Below, one piece after another: positions 34,235 to 42,125 of a DNA stretch of 43,047 nt. The translations under genes were made by a program, and so were the position numbers. Each line of letters starts with the position of its first letter. Within the stretch, counting starts at the first letter, position 1. The notes under the pieces are model-generated. The model was not told the origin of the DNA. It worked only from the letters and a program-made list of their open reading frames with translations, and searched no databases. The DNA comes from Candidatus Altimarinota bacterium (GTDB lineage: Bacteria > Patescibacteriota > Gracilibacteria > 1-14-2-50-48-13), in NCBI GenBank assembly GCA_037969665.1, contig JBBKXV010000268.1, positions 1-43,047 of the forward strand, in the 5' to 3' direction.

Positions 34235-34492
34235 TTACATAATTTCTTCTTCAATGACATTGGTTATTTTTCCACCTACGTACCGCTTCTCTTCTGTACG
34301 GCTTTTTGTCTGTGCACCTTGTCTCTGTGGTCTAGGTGGAGTGGTTCTCACTATTGGTTCTTCAAAGACCTTCTGGCTCGTCACAATACCAGTTACTTCC
34401 AACTCATTGAGGAGATCTATAGCATTTTGCAGTTTTTCTACTTCTTTTTGTTTATCAAAGAGGAGTGCTGTGAGCGTTTCTATGTAGTTCAT
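34235..34492 (-). CDS. Hypothetical protein (85 aa)
   Basis: ATG ORF, tightly packed in leftward operon 2. Confidence 0.55.
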   Translation of the reverse strand: MNYIETLTALLFDKQKEVEKLQNAIDLLNELEVTGIVTSQKVFEEPIVRTTPPRPQRQGAQTKSRTEEKRYVGGKITNVIEEEIM

Positions 34493-34493
34493 G

Positions 34494-34898
34494 CTAGAGT
34501 GTTAGGTGAGATGGTTTAAGGGTGACAATGACTCTGGGGTGTTCCTTGTCTATGGTGTAGGTGTCACTTGTCATGTTGATGCAGGTCAAGTTGTCATTCT
34601 TTATCAGTCCACATACTTGGAAGCCATCAAGAATAAACTTCGCTGAAAAGCGAATGTTATCTGTATCTCTTCTCCTTGAAGAAACAAACCAGTCAAAATG
34701 GACATGGAGTGGGTAAAACTCTTCTTTTACTGATACTGACTTCCCTTTGAAGTGCTCAAATACAGCATCACAAACGACTTGGATCATGTCCTTCTTTTTG
34801 CTATTAGCTGCATACTTGTTCCTACGGTTGATAGCCTCATACTCATTATAGCAGATAAGCTGCTCGTTGATTGGGATTACCAGTATTTCTATGCTCAT
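34494..34898 (-). CDS. rusA: RusA-like Holliday junction resolvase (134 aa)
   Basis: RRRDTDNIRFSAKFILDGFQVCGLIKNDN resembles the RusA catalytic Asp-rich motif. The size fits. Confidence 0.65.
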   Translation of the reverse strand: MSIEILVIPINEQLICYNEYEAINRRNKYAANSKKKDMIQVVCDAVFEHFKGKSVSVKEEFYPLHVHFDWFVSSRRRDTDNIRFSAKFILDGFQVCGLIKNDNLTCINMTSDTYTIDKEHPRVIVTLKPSHLTL

Positions 34899-35122
34899 TC
34901 TTTTTCGTAGTCAATAGCGAGTAGAGCTTGTCTGTAGTGCGCTTTTGCTTCTTGAATACGCAACAGAACAATTCTATTATCCATGTCTAAGTGGTGTAAG
35001 TCCAGTTGTGTGAGTTTGTTGAGTGCGAGACCAAAGTGTATTTCCGCTTCAACACACACATTTTCCATGTTTGTATCACTGATCTCTTGGTACATTTCCT
35101 GGAGTGTAGTCTGTTCATTCAT
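34895..35122 (-). CDS. Hypothetical protein (75 aa)
   Basis: ATG ORF with a 4-nt ATGA overlap with the next gene. C/A-rich leader. Confidence 0.6.
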   Translation of the reverse strand: MNEQTTLQEMYQEISDTNMENVCVEAEIHFGLALNKLTQLDLHHLDMDNRIVLLRIQEAKAHYRQALLAIDYEKE

Positions 35123-35250
35123 AGTTGTAGTGGGTTATAGAGTAATCCTCACCTATTCGATGCACAAAGGCAACGCAAGAGAACAGGTGAGGCACTACGC
35201 TACTTAGAGTGGTTCAGTAGTTTAGTGTCGTACTGAGGACAAAAGTACTC

Positions 35251-35478
35251 TTACTCCTCTATACTATCATTAAATTCACCTCTCTCTAAGCAGGCATCAC
35301 AATGTATTTGGTGAGCTATAGAATATACCTTACCGATCAGTTGTGCCATACACGATGCGTCCTCTTGTGTATATGGTTCTTCCTTTGCAAAGTAGCCAAC
35401 AAGCTTAGCTGACATGTCGTGGCAAAAGTCGTTGGACACAAGGTCATTTATATCCTCAAGCATTTGTTTCTGATTCAT
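35251..35478 (-). CDS. Hypothetical small protein (75 aa)
   Basis: ATG ORF in the operon. Confidence 0.55.
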   Translation of the reverse strand: MNQKQMLEDINDLVSNDFCHDMSAKLVGYFAKEEPYTQEDASCMAQLIGKVYSIAHQIHCDACLERGEFNDSIEE

Positions 35479-35489
35479 TGGTCTAGCTA

Positions 35490-35717
35490 TTATAATATAC
35501 CTTCCTTCCTCAACTCGTCACCCAAACAATGCGGGCAAATAGTGTGTGATATCTGTCTATGGATATAGTCCATAATACCATCCACCATTGCATCTAGCTC
35601 ACGTTTTCTCTCGTACCCTCGTGCTAGTGCTTCAGCTTCTTCTTTGTCGGGACAGTATGAACATACATGATGTAGGTATTCATCTGCACCCCTGTATGCT
35701 TGTGGCAGGTTATTCAT
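35490..35717 (-). CDS. Small zinc-ribbon protein (75 aa)
   Basis: CSYC ... CPHC pairs. Confidence 0.55.
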   Translation of the reverse strand: MNNLPQAYRGADEYLHHVCSYCPDKEEAEALARGYERKRELDAMVDGIMDYIHRQISHTICPHCLGDELRKEGIL

Positions 35718-36162
35718 CTATTTTTAGAGTTGGAAGTACAATACAATCTTTCATACTTTGTATCTGATCTACAAGGTTTTGCAACTCTTGCTCTACAAAG
35801 TCCATGTCTCTATAGGTATCTTTCAACACAGTATGAGTAATGCCGTAGTGAGAGCTAAGCACCGCCAAATCACCTAAATGCGCACAGTCAAAACCTATTA
35901 CCCAATCTTCTTTATTCTGGTGCACAACATTGCCACCTCTCTCAGAGTATGTAAGGCCACCATGGACTTTTATATCAACATACTTGTAGATATCATCGTA
36001 GTATAAGCCGTGGAGCTTATGCTCCTTCGGCAGACATACGTACCCACAAAGATGTATGATTTCATCATGTGGTCTGAGAATAATACAATGCATTCCTTTG
36101 TAGTTAAACTCTTTTCTCTTCCCCTCCTTTGCTATCAGGCCTTGTAACTCTTTGATATTCAT
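35710..36162 (-). CDS. Conserved-looking phage protein with HGGLTY ... GFDCAHLGD motifs (150 aa); possible metal-dependent enzyme
   Basis: Invariant-looking His and Asp motifs. I recognise the pattern from phage hypothetical proteins but cannot name the family. Confidence 0.6.
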   Translation of the reverse strand: MNIKELQGLIAKEGKRKEFNYKGMHCIILRPHDEIIHLCGYVCLPKEHKLHGLYYDDIYKYVDIKVHGGLTYSERGGNVVHQNKEDWVIGFDCAHLGDLAVLSSHYGITHTVLKDTYRDMDFVEQELQNLVDQIQSMKDCIVLPTLKIDE

Positions 36163-36346
36163 CGCTACGTGTTATTTTAGTAATTTCATCTCCAACCAAC
36201 TCTATAAGAGCCTCAATTCGCCCCTCCACTGCCTCTGAGAACGCTTGTTCGTCTATTGGTAATGTTATCCACCCTTGCGAGGTACAAACGCTTATAGTGC
36301 CCTTTTTTTGGTCAATAAAGTATCGTGTTGTTTCTTCGGTGTTCAC
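36104..36346 (-). CDS. Hypothetical protein (80 aa), GTG start
   Basis: The GTG lies 1 nt after the upstream stop. It overlaps the next gene by 59 nt, so it is uncertain. Confidence 0.35.
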   Translation of the reverse strand: MNTEETTRYFIDQKKGTISVCTSQGWITLPIDEQAFSEAVEGRIEALIELVGDEITKITRSDEYQRVTRPDSKGGEEKRV

Positions 36347-36347
36347 G

Positions 36348-36569
36348 TTAGTTGTCGTAAGTAAGTATGTTGAACCCTGTACCCTTCCCCTCTTCTCTCG
36401 CTCTCAAGTAGTTCAAGATGTTTTGATACGATGTACGCATCACCTTTTGAGCTACTTGGTTCTTTATTTCAAAAGTTAGTTGCTTCTGGAGGAGTAGCTG
36501 TTCCTGTACGTGTTGATTCTGGAATACCTTTTGAGTTTCTAGTGCGTACCAGTTGCCGGGCTTATTCAT
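36348..36569 (-). CDS. Hypothetical protein (73 aa)
   Basis: ATG ORF with a 4-nt overlap with the upstream gene. Confidence 0.5.
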   Translation of the reverse strand: MNKPGNWYALETQKVFQNQHVQEQLLLQKQLTFEIKNQVAQKVMRTSYQNILNYLRAREEGKGTGFNILTYDN

Positions 36570-36763
36570 AATCTAGGGTTATTTATCTCATAAAGTTGTT
36601 TATCTGCTAACTGCCTGACCCATGTATCGTTGGCATCTTTCGACCCCATAAGGTACGCTTCAAAGACAATCTTTTTCACGATCTCTCTTAGCTGAAAGGA
36701 GTCTAGCCGTTCTTCTTCTGCTTTATCTGCACTCTCGATTGCAAATGTAGTAATTTTATTCAT
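36566..36763 (-). CDS. Hypothetical protein (65 aa)
   Basis: ATG ORF with the leader TTATAATACATACAACTACC. Confidence 0.55.
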   Translation of the reverse strand: MNKITTFAIESADKAEEERLDSFQLREIVKKIVFEAYLMGSKDANDTWVRQLADKQLYEINNPRL

Positions 36764-36777
36764 GGTAGTTGTATGTA

Positions 36778-37050
36778 TTATAATGGTATTTCAGTAGAAG
36801 TGTCATCATAAGAAGGGCGTACTAGCTCAGTGCCACTGTAAATAACTTGTGTGCCAGTGAGGATGCTATGCAGCGCCACAGTGCTGTATCCTCCTAACAG
36901 TTCATCACGACTTCCTTCAAAAACACGCACCTTTATTAAGTCGCTATGTCCGCAAATAGTAGATACTCTTGTGAGGTCTTCATGGGCTTTTTTGAGTTGC
37001 TTACGTATGTTTTTATACCTATTGCGACCAGTGGTTTTAGTCTTTTTCAT
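36778..37050 (-). CDS. Hypothetical basic protein (90 aa)
   Basis: ATG ORF with a 14-nt overlap with the upstream gene. Confidence 0.5.
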   Translation of the reverse strand: MKKTKTTGRNRYKNIRKQLKKAHEDLTRVSTICGHSDLIKVRVFEGSRDELLGGYSTVALHSILTGTQVIYSGTELVRPSYDDTSTEIPL

Positions 37051-37420
37051 TATGAGGTAGGTTACTTCCTATAGTTTTGTTAAAGCCATCTAGCAATACA
37101 CCCTTTTCTGTAGAGTTACCCACAGAGAATGCTGAAACAGCACAAGGTCTTCGCCCCTTGTCTTCCACACGTCCATTGCGTAGAAACGCTCCAGACCACC
37201 TACCAACACGACTCTTGCACTCATGACAAGCAAAGACATGCCATGTGTCATCTGTATGTGCTGGATGCGATTCGTTGTACCGTAGAAAGGAGTAATCTTT
37301 TGAGAAACAGAAAGGACATCTTTTGTAGTCTGCTACTAAGTTCCATACTTCTTGTGTTGTTCTACCAAGGTATGTTGTAGCCTTTTTTGCTGTGGATAAA
37401 AGATCAGGAAATTCGCTCAT
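37037..37420 (-). CDS. Zinc-ribbon protein (127 aa)
   Basis: CPFC ... CHEC pairs. The TAATG junction with the upstream gene shares one nt. Confidence 0.55.
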   Translation of the reverse strand: MSEFPDLLSTAKKATTYLGRTTQEVWNLVADYKRCPFCFSKDYSFLRYNESHPAHTDDTWHVFACHECKSRVGRWSGAFLRNGRVEDKGRRPCAVSAFSVGNSTEKGVLLDGFNKTIGSNLPHNEKD

Positions 37421-37686
37421 TATGAGAGTTTCTTAGGGAGTATAAATAAGTGGTCTCCCTTTTTGTATTTCAGTAAAAAGAGGACAACATCTTCTGTGCG
37501 GTACGAGCTTTCTTGTGCTTCGTCTTCAAAGACATACAAGTGGAGCGTTCCGTTGAGTGATTTGAGTACATCAGGTGCTCTCTCAAGGTGCCTCTCAAGA
37601 CTCTTTGCAGAGACGTACTCAACACCTGCTTCGTCGTTCCAGAGATCTGGGGTGAGGTCAATCTTAATAAGGTTTGTAGGGTTCAT
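37420..37686 (-). CDS. Hypothetical protein (88 aa)
   Basis: ATG ORF preceded by AATTATCACCCCTACC. Confidence 0.55.
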   Translation of the reverse strand: MNPTNLIKIDLTPDLWNDEAGVEYVSAKSLERHLERAPDVLKSLNGTLHLYVFEDEAQESSYRTEDVVLFLLKYKKGDHLFILPKKLS

Positions 37687-37745
37687 GGTAGGGGTGATAA
37701 TTGATGGTGTAATTGTATATTCTCTTAGTTATATGGGCAAGGTAT

Positions 37746-39584
37746 TTAGTTTGCCATATTTCCAGTTGCTTGTCTAAATATATTCTCTGCTGGGTCATTG
37801 TCCTGGAAACCACCGTTCACGAGGTGCAGTTTTACCATAGAAGGCTCAAACTCTCTTGTCTCCATAACACGGATGTATGTGGCATTGTTGTTAAACGTGC
37901 CAGAGGATTCGTCTTTATTGCGGGCAACAAAGAGTACCATGTCAGCATCATGTGATATCTTAGAGCTTCCAGAGAGTGAGTTAGTACTACGGAATGTAGA
38001 GCCTCCCTTTGAAGAGTCTTGCCCCTTACGAAGGTGATGTACGAGGAGTATTGGGACGTTGTACGTTGAGGTAAACTCTAAGAGGAGCTTACTGACACGT
38101 TTTTGTTTCTCAAAGTCATCCTTGTCTTGTGCCCCTTTGTCTATCTTGTCTAGGTTATCTACACAAACACCAGCGACATCTTTATGCTTCATGACTATGT
38201 CGAGGATGTGTTCTATGGTCATATCTTTGCCATACTCTTTTCCTTCAATGAGTAGGTGTTCTAAGCTGTTTAGTTCCTTTTGTTTTTTACGGAATAGCGC
38301 TTCTTTCCTTGGCTCATATGCTCCAGTCTCCACAAACTTTCGTTCGTCTCTTGGGGAAATATCTGCAGTATGTCTGGCTATATTGTCTCTTAGTTGGTCT
38401 GCGGTCATCTCTAGGGTGATGTAGAGCATCTTCTTTTTCTTCTTCGCATTCTTTACAAAGAGATCAAAAGCAACAGTAGACTTTCCTGACTTTGTCTCTC
38501 CTGCGAGTACGACGTACATATAGTTTTTCAGTACAGCAAATGTCCCATCCATACGTTCAGTGTTCCAGTTGAGAGGTGAGTACTTCTCCTTGCAGTGTTC
38601 GTCACGGTACTTCTTAAACTGGGAGCGTAGTTCCTCTAGTTGGTACGTCGGGGATATCTCCACAGTCTTCCCTGAATATGGCTCTCCTATGACGCGAGCT
38701 GCTTCCGTGAAGCTGAGTCCATGAAGGGCTGCATACATGTGTAAGAACGTCCCTGAGCCTTCTTTTCCTGAAAACCGTTTCACAAGGTTACTTTGGACGT
38801 TGATTTTGAAAGAGCTTTTCTTCCCATCAACCATCACATAGTGGTCTGGTGTATATTCTACCCCATACTGGTCACAGAGTTGCAGTATAGGCTCCTTACT
38901 TAAAATACGTATCAGCGCATCCATTGAAATGGTCGTGTCTATCTTCTCATGCTTGTAGTGCATGATATGTGAAACCATAGGGCTCGTACGATCATGGTAA
39001 GCAAGCATTTTTACAGCAAGAGGAGTATCTCCCTTGTTATTAAATGAGCCAGGAAGTCGCATGATACGAGCGATATTACAGCACGCACTGTCTGGAGTGT
39101 ATGTAATAAGTTTCTGGAGTTCTGCACAAACCTTCTTGTACCCCATAGCGTATTGCGTTGGGGTTACTGGTACTGGATGATCTTCTACATAGTAGATGTG
39201 GACACCATTCCCTGACTGGACTATCGAAGTAAAACTCTTATAGGGTTCTGGTGCTATGGCGAGACAAAACGCTATAAACTTTGCTGCTTCGTCGGGGTCA
39301 GTGAGTGATGAGTCAGATTTCCGTATGTCGAGATCAAAGACCACGTACTTCTTGCTCGTGATATCAATATCCTTCACGTTACGTGAATGTGGGACTTCAC
39401 GTTTACGGTCTTGTGGTATGTTCGCTAGAAAATACATGTTCTCCCCTTTATGCTTGTCTATAACACTGTCTACATTGTCGCCATTATACCCAAATACCGT
39501 TGTCGCATTACTCATCTGTATGAGTGTTCCTGGCACATGCAGTTTTTGTAAAAGCTGTATATGCTGAGGTGTTGGGGTTGTCAT
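37746..39584 (-). CDS. Bifunctional AEP (prim-pol type) primase fused to a DnaB-like SF4 helicase (612 aa)
   Basis: N-terminus: VVFDLDIRK (DxD) and SGNGVHIYY (sxH). C-terminus: Walker A AGETKSGKST, ITLEMT, Walker B VCVDNLDKI, LLVHHLRKG. Confidence 0.88.
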   Translation of the reverse strand: MTTPTPQHIQLLQKLHVPGTLIQMSNATTVFGYNGDNVDSVIDKHKGENMYFLANIPQDRKREVPHSRNVKDIDITSKKYVVFDLDIRKSDSSLTDPDEAAKFIAFCLAIAPEPYKSFTSIVQSGNGVHIYYVEDHPVPVTPTQYAMGYKKVCAELQKLITYTPDSACCNIARIMRLPGSFNNKGDTPLAVKMLAYHDRTSPMVSHIMHYKHEKIDTTISMDALIRILSKEPILQLCDQYGVEYTPDHYVMVDGKKSSFKINVQSNLVKRFSGKEGSGTFLHMYAALHGLSFTEAARVIGEPYSGKTVEISPTYQLEELRSQFKKYRDEHCKEKYSPLNWNTERMDGTFAVLKNYMYVVLAGETKSGKSTVAFDLFVKNAKKKKKMLYITLEMTADQLRDNIARHTADISPRDERKFVETGAYEPRKEALFRKKQKELNSLEHLLIEGKEYGKDMTIEHILDIVMKHKDVAGVCVDNLDKIDKGAQDKDDFEKQKRVSKLLLEFTSTYNVPILLVHHLRKGQDSSKGGSTFRSTNSLSGSSKISHDADMVLFVARNKDESSGTFNNNATYIRVMETREFEPSMVKLHLVNGGFQDNDPAENIFRQATGNMAN

Positions 39585-39596
39585 GGAAAAGGTATA

Positions 39597-39923
39597 TTAC
39601 AAGTATTTCTTCTTTTCTTCCTCTGTGAGAAAGGCATAAAATTCATCTGGATTTCTCATAAAGCGCACTTGCTTATCCTCTAATGTCAGAGGGGTACGAA
39701 AACGCTGTTCTGGGTGAAATGATTTCCATCCTGATAGGATAGCATCTTCGATCATCTCTATAATCTCCACATCATACATAAATGATTTCTTACAGCGGAG
39801 TATCTTCTTCCGTAGCACCTTCACCCCTCTTGGGGTGATAGGCGCCTTCATATCTGTTCTGTGTGCCTTAAACTCTTCGATAAGGTCTTCAATATCTGGA
39901 CTGAACGTGATGGAGTCTTCCAT
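39597..39923 (-). CDS. Hypothetical protein (108 aa), possibly replication-associated by position
   Basis: ATG ORF preceded by TTATTCATAACCCCTACT. Confidence 0.6.
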   Translation of the reverse strand: MEDSITFSPDIEDLIEEFKAHRTDMKAPITPRGVKVLRKKILRCKKSFMYDVEIIEMIEDAILSGWKSFHPEQRFRTPLTLEDKQVRFMRNPDEFYAFLTEEEKKKYL

Positions 39924-39941
39924 AGTAGGGGTTATGAATAA

Positions 39942-40304
39942 CTACGCGATGAGGTCTTCTGGATTAAAGTCATTGACTGCCTGAGTTGCCTTTTCAAGGA
40001 CTTCTCCTTCGTTGGTGATGAGTAGTGCATCTGTAGGATAGAGTGCTAGGACGTACTGTCCATTCTGGTCTCTTCTATATCCAAGGTTACCCGCTATACG
40101 GACGTTGTCACCTTCCTTTACAGCAAGTGACTCTAAACGTGCATGTACACCGTCGTAACAGAAAAGTGTAAACTTTGTTTTCCCTCTTTCGTGTGTTGCT
40201 TCGAGTGTCAAAGCGTAGAAAGGTGTACCTGTTTTTGTTGTTCCAAGGTCTGCTTTTGTTAAAACTCCTTCGATACTAAATGCTGCTGATGATGATGTTT
40301 TCAT
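39942..40304 (-). CDS. ssb: Single-stranded DNA-binding protein (OB-fold, 120 aa)
   Basis: Size, beta-rich OB-like core, acidic C-terminal tail (DFNPEDLIA), and position between recombination and replication genes. The internal ATG at 40304 avoids overlap with the upstream gene. Confidence 0.6.
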   Translation of the reverse strand: MKTSSSAAFSIEGVLTKADLGTTKTGTPFYALTLEATHERGKTKFTLFCYDGVHARLESLAVKEGDNVRIAGNLGYRRDQNGQYVLALYPTDALLITNEGEVLEKATQAVNDFNPEDLIA

Positions 40305-40332
40305 ATGGGTAATAATAAAATATATGAATAAA

Positions 40333-41139
40333 TTAGATGCCAAACCACCTACGAAGAGTGTATCGTAAGCCACCCTTGTATGCTATACGAAGGTTCTCGA
40401 TCTCCTTGATGGTAGGGTGAGCGCCACGGGTAATAGTTCCTGGGTATAAGGTACGGTGTTTTTCTATCGTATGAAATTGTGGGTACTCTTTCTTTTGAGA
40501 GATACACGTATTACATATCTGCAAAGGTTTCCTTGCTTTCATAATCTCTCCGTGTCTATTCTCTGCGACGTGTTCTGCAGTAGGAAGTGTGTATGTAGAC
40601 TCAAGACATATCTTACATTTCGACAATGTGTAGGGTATCACCCCAAAGAGATAGCGTTTGATAGTACGTTGTTTTGGATGTTCCTTTACCTGTTTTTTTA
40701 TAGGTCGTGCAGGTTTTGTTAGAGCAATTTCCTTCTCATCTATAAGTGGGGTACTTACCCTGATTGGATCACTGTAGACCATAGGAACATTTCTTTTTAT
40801 AAACTCGGGGGTAAATTGTCCTTTCAACATACTTTGCTCCCAACACTGGTGACTACACCGTCTAGGTGAAGGGCCAGGATGTCTCCTATTACAGATATAC
40901 GTGAAGTGTTCAAAACACTCTTCGCACTGAAGTTTTGTATACCGTATTTTGGAAGATTTTTTTGAGTCTTCTGTAAGGTTAAACAGTCGCTTCTCTGGTT
41001 TCTGTGTCTCTTGTACTACACCCGCGCCCGCGTTGCCAAAGCAGGTGATGGAGCAGTAGGGGTACCAAGAGCTATGGTCGTCGATAGGCTCACTTATACA
41101 TTGTTTACATGATGTATAGGGTGTGTGTTGTTTGGTCAT
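40333..41139 (-). CDS. Cys-rich protein with three zinc-ribbon-like modules (268 aa)
   Basis: CKQC...CSITC, CEEC...CSHQC and CKIC...CNTC. Confidence 0.65.
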   Translation of the reverse strand: MTKQHTPYTSCKQCISEPIDDHSSWYPYCSITCFGNAGAGVVQETQKPEKRLFNLTEDSKKSSKIRYTKLQCEECFEHFTYICNRRHPGPSPRRCSHQCWEQSMLKGQFTPEFIKRNVPMVYSDPIRVSTPLIDEKEIALTKPARPIKKQVKEHPKQRTIKRYLFGVIPYTLSKCKICLESTYTLPTAEHVAENRHGEIMKARKPLQICNTCISQKKEYPQFHTIEKHRTLYPGTITRGAHPTIKEIENLRIAYKGGLRYTLRRWFGI

Positions 41140-41163
41140 TCGGTACGTGTAATAAGTAATAAA

Positions 41164-42105
41164 TTATATCGAAATGATTTCATCGTGGTAATACTCTTGA
41201 AAACCTTTCCAGTTCTCTTCACCGTCCATCATGTCATATGGGTTAGGCAAGATCATTGGCTCCCCTTCACGGATAGACTGTAGCCCCTGCATGTCACGAA
41301 GTAGACAATCTATAAGAAAACAGAAACTCTGAAGGTCGTAGGTCTCTGGCTCTTCCATGTGTAGTAGTACACTTTGAGGAGTCATAAGGTTTCCTTCCTT
41401 ATCTTTTCGAGACTTGGAGGTCTTAAAGAATCCGTAGGAAGATCGTATTGAGCCTGTAGTAAACTCTTCACGAGCAACAAGGGTGTAGAGTATTCTTTGC
41501 ATCTGGTACAAAAACATATTCTTTTCTACTGTTGCATCACTAAGAGTACGCACCATTTTCCAGTCCCAAAGACGTGTAATTGTCTCTCCCTTTTCGTCGC
41601 GCTCTGTAGACACAGCGTCAATAATAGAGGTGAAGGGTATATCAAAGGAACGTCCTTTGTTATCACGTATAAAGGTGTTCATAACGTACTCTGCATGGGT
41701 GAAGCGACGGCTCTCATCCTCGGAAAGCCATGCGTTTATATTCCGAACAAACTCTTCTGCAACAAGCAAAGCATGTTTGTTGAGTATTTGGGGGGTTAAA
41801 TTAACCGTTGTTTGTCGTGTGATCTTTGGAAACTCATCCTCAATGATAGGTTCAAGAAACGCGATAATCTCGGACTCTGGGGGCAAAATCATTAACCGTT
41901 TTCCTTGTTTGATGGAGTCTTTTACAATCCACTCAATCATTTCATGTAGGATAGATCCTTCCACCATAGTCGCACTCACTGGGTGTGTTGCAGTGCGAGT
42001 AATGTAGTGGCGCCAAAAGGCTATCTTAGAGTTCAGGTAGGTACGTATTTTACTGTATGAGAGGTACTCTACAGGATACGCACCAACAAATGGTGAAGCT
42101 GTCAT
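41164..42105 (-). CDS. PD-(D/E)XK (RecB/Cas4-like) exonuclease (313 aa)
   Basis: IIDAV ... LWDWKM (D ... D-x-K) and the YQMQRILY (Q-x-x-x-Y) motif. Adjacent to the annealase. Confidence 0.7.
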   Translation of the reverse strand: MTASPFVGAYPVEYLSYSKIRTYLNSKIAFWRHYITRTATHPVSATMVEGSILHEMIEWIVKDSIKQGKRLMILPPESEIIAFLEPIIEDEFPKITRQTTVNLTPQILNKHALLVAEEFVRNINAWLSEDESRRFTHAEYVMNTFIRDNKGRSFDIPFTSIIDAVSTERDEKGETITRLWDWKMVRTLSDATVEKNMFLYQMQRILYTLVAREEFTTGSIRSSYGFFKTSKSRKDKEGNLMTPQSVLLHMEEPETYDLQSFCFLIDCLLRDMQGLQSIREGEPMILPNPYDMMDGEENWKGFQEYYHDEIISI

Positions 42106-42125
42106 GGGTGTAGGGGTAAATAATA

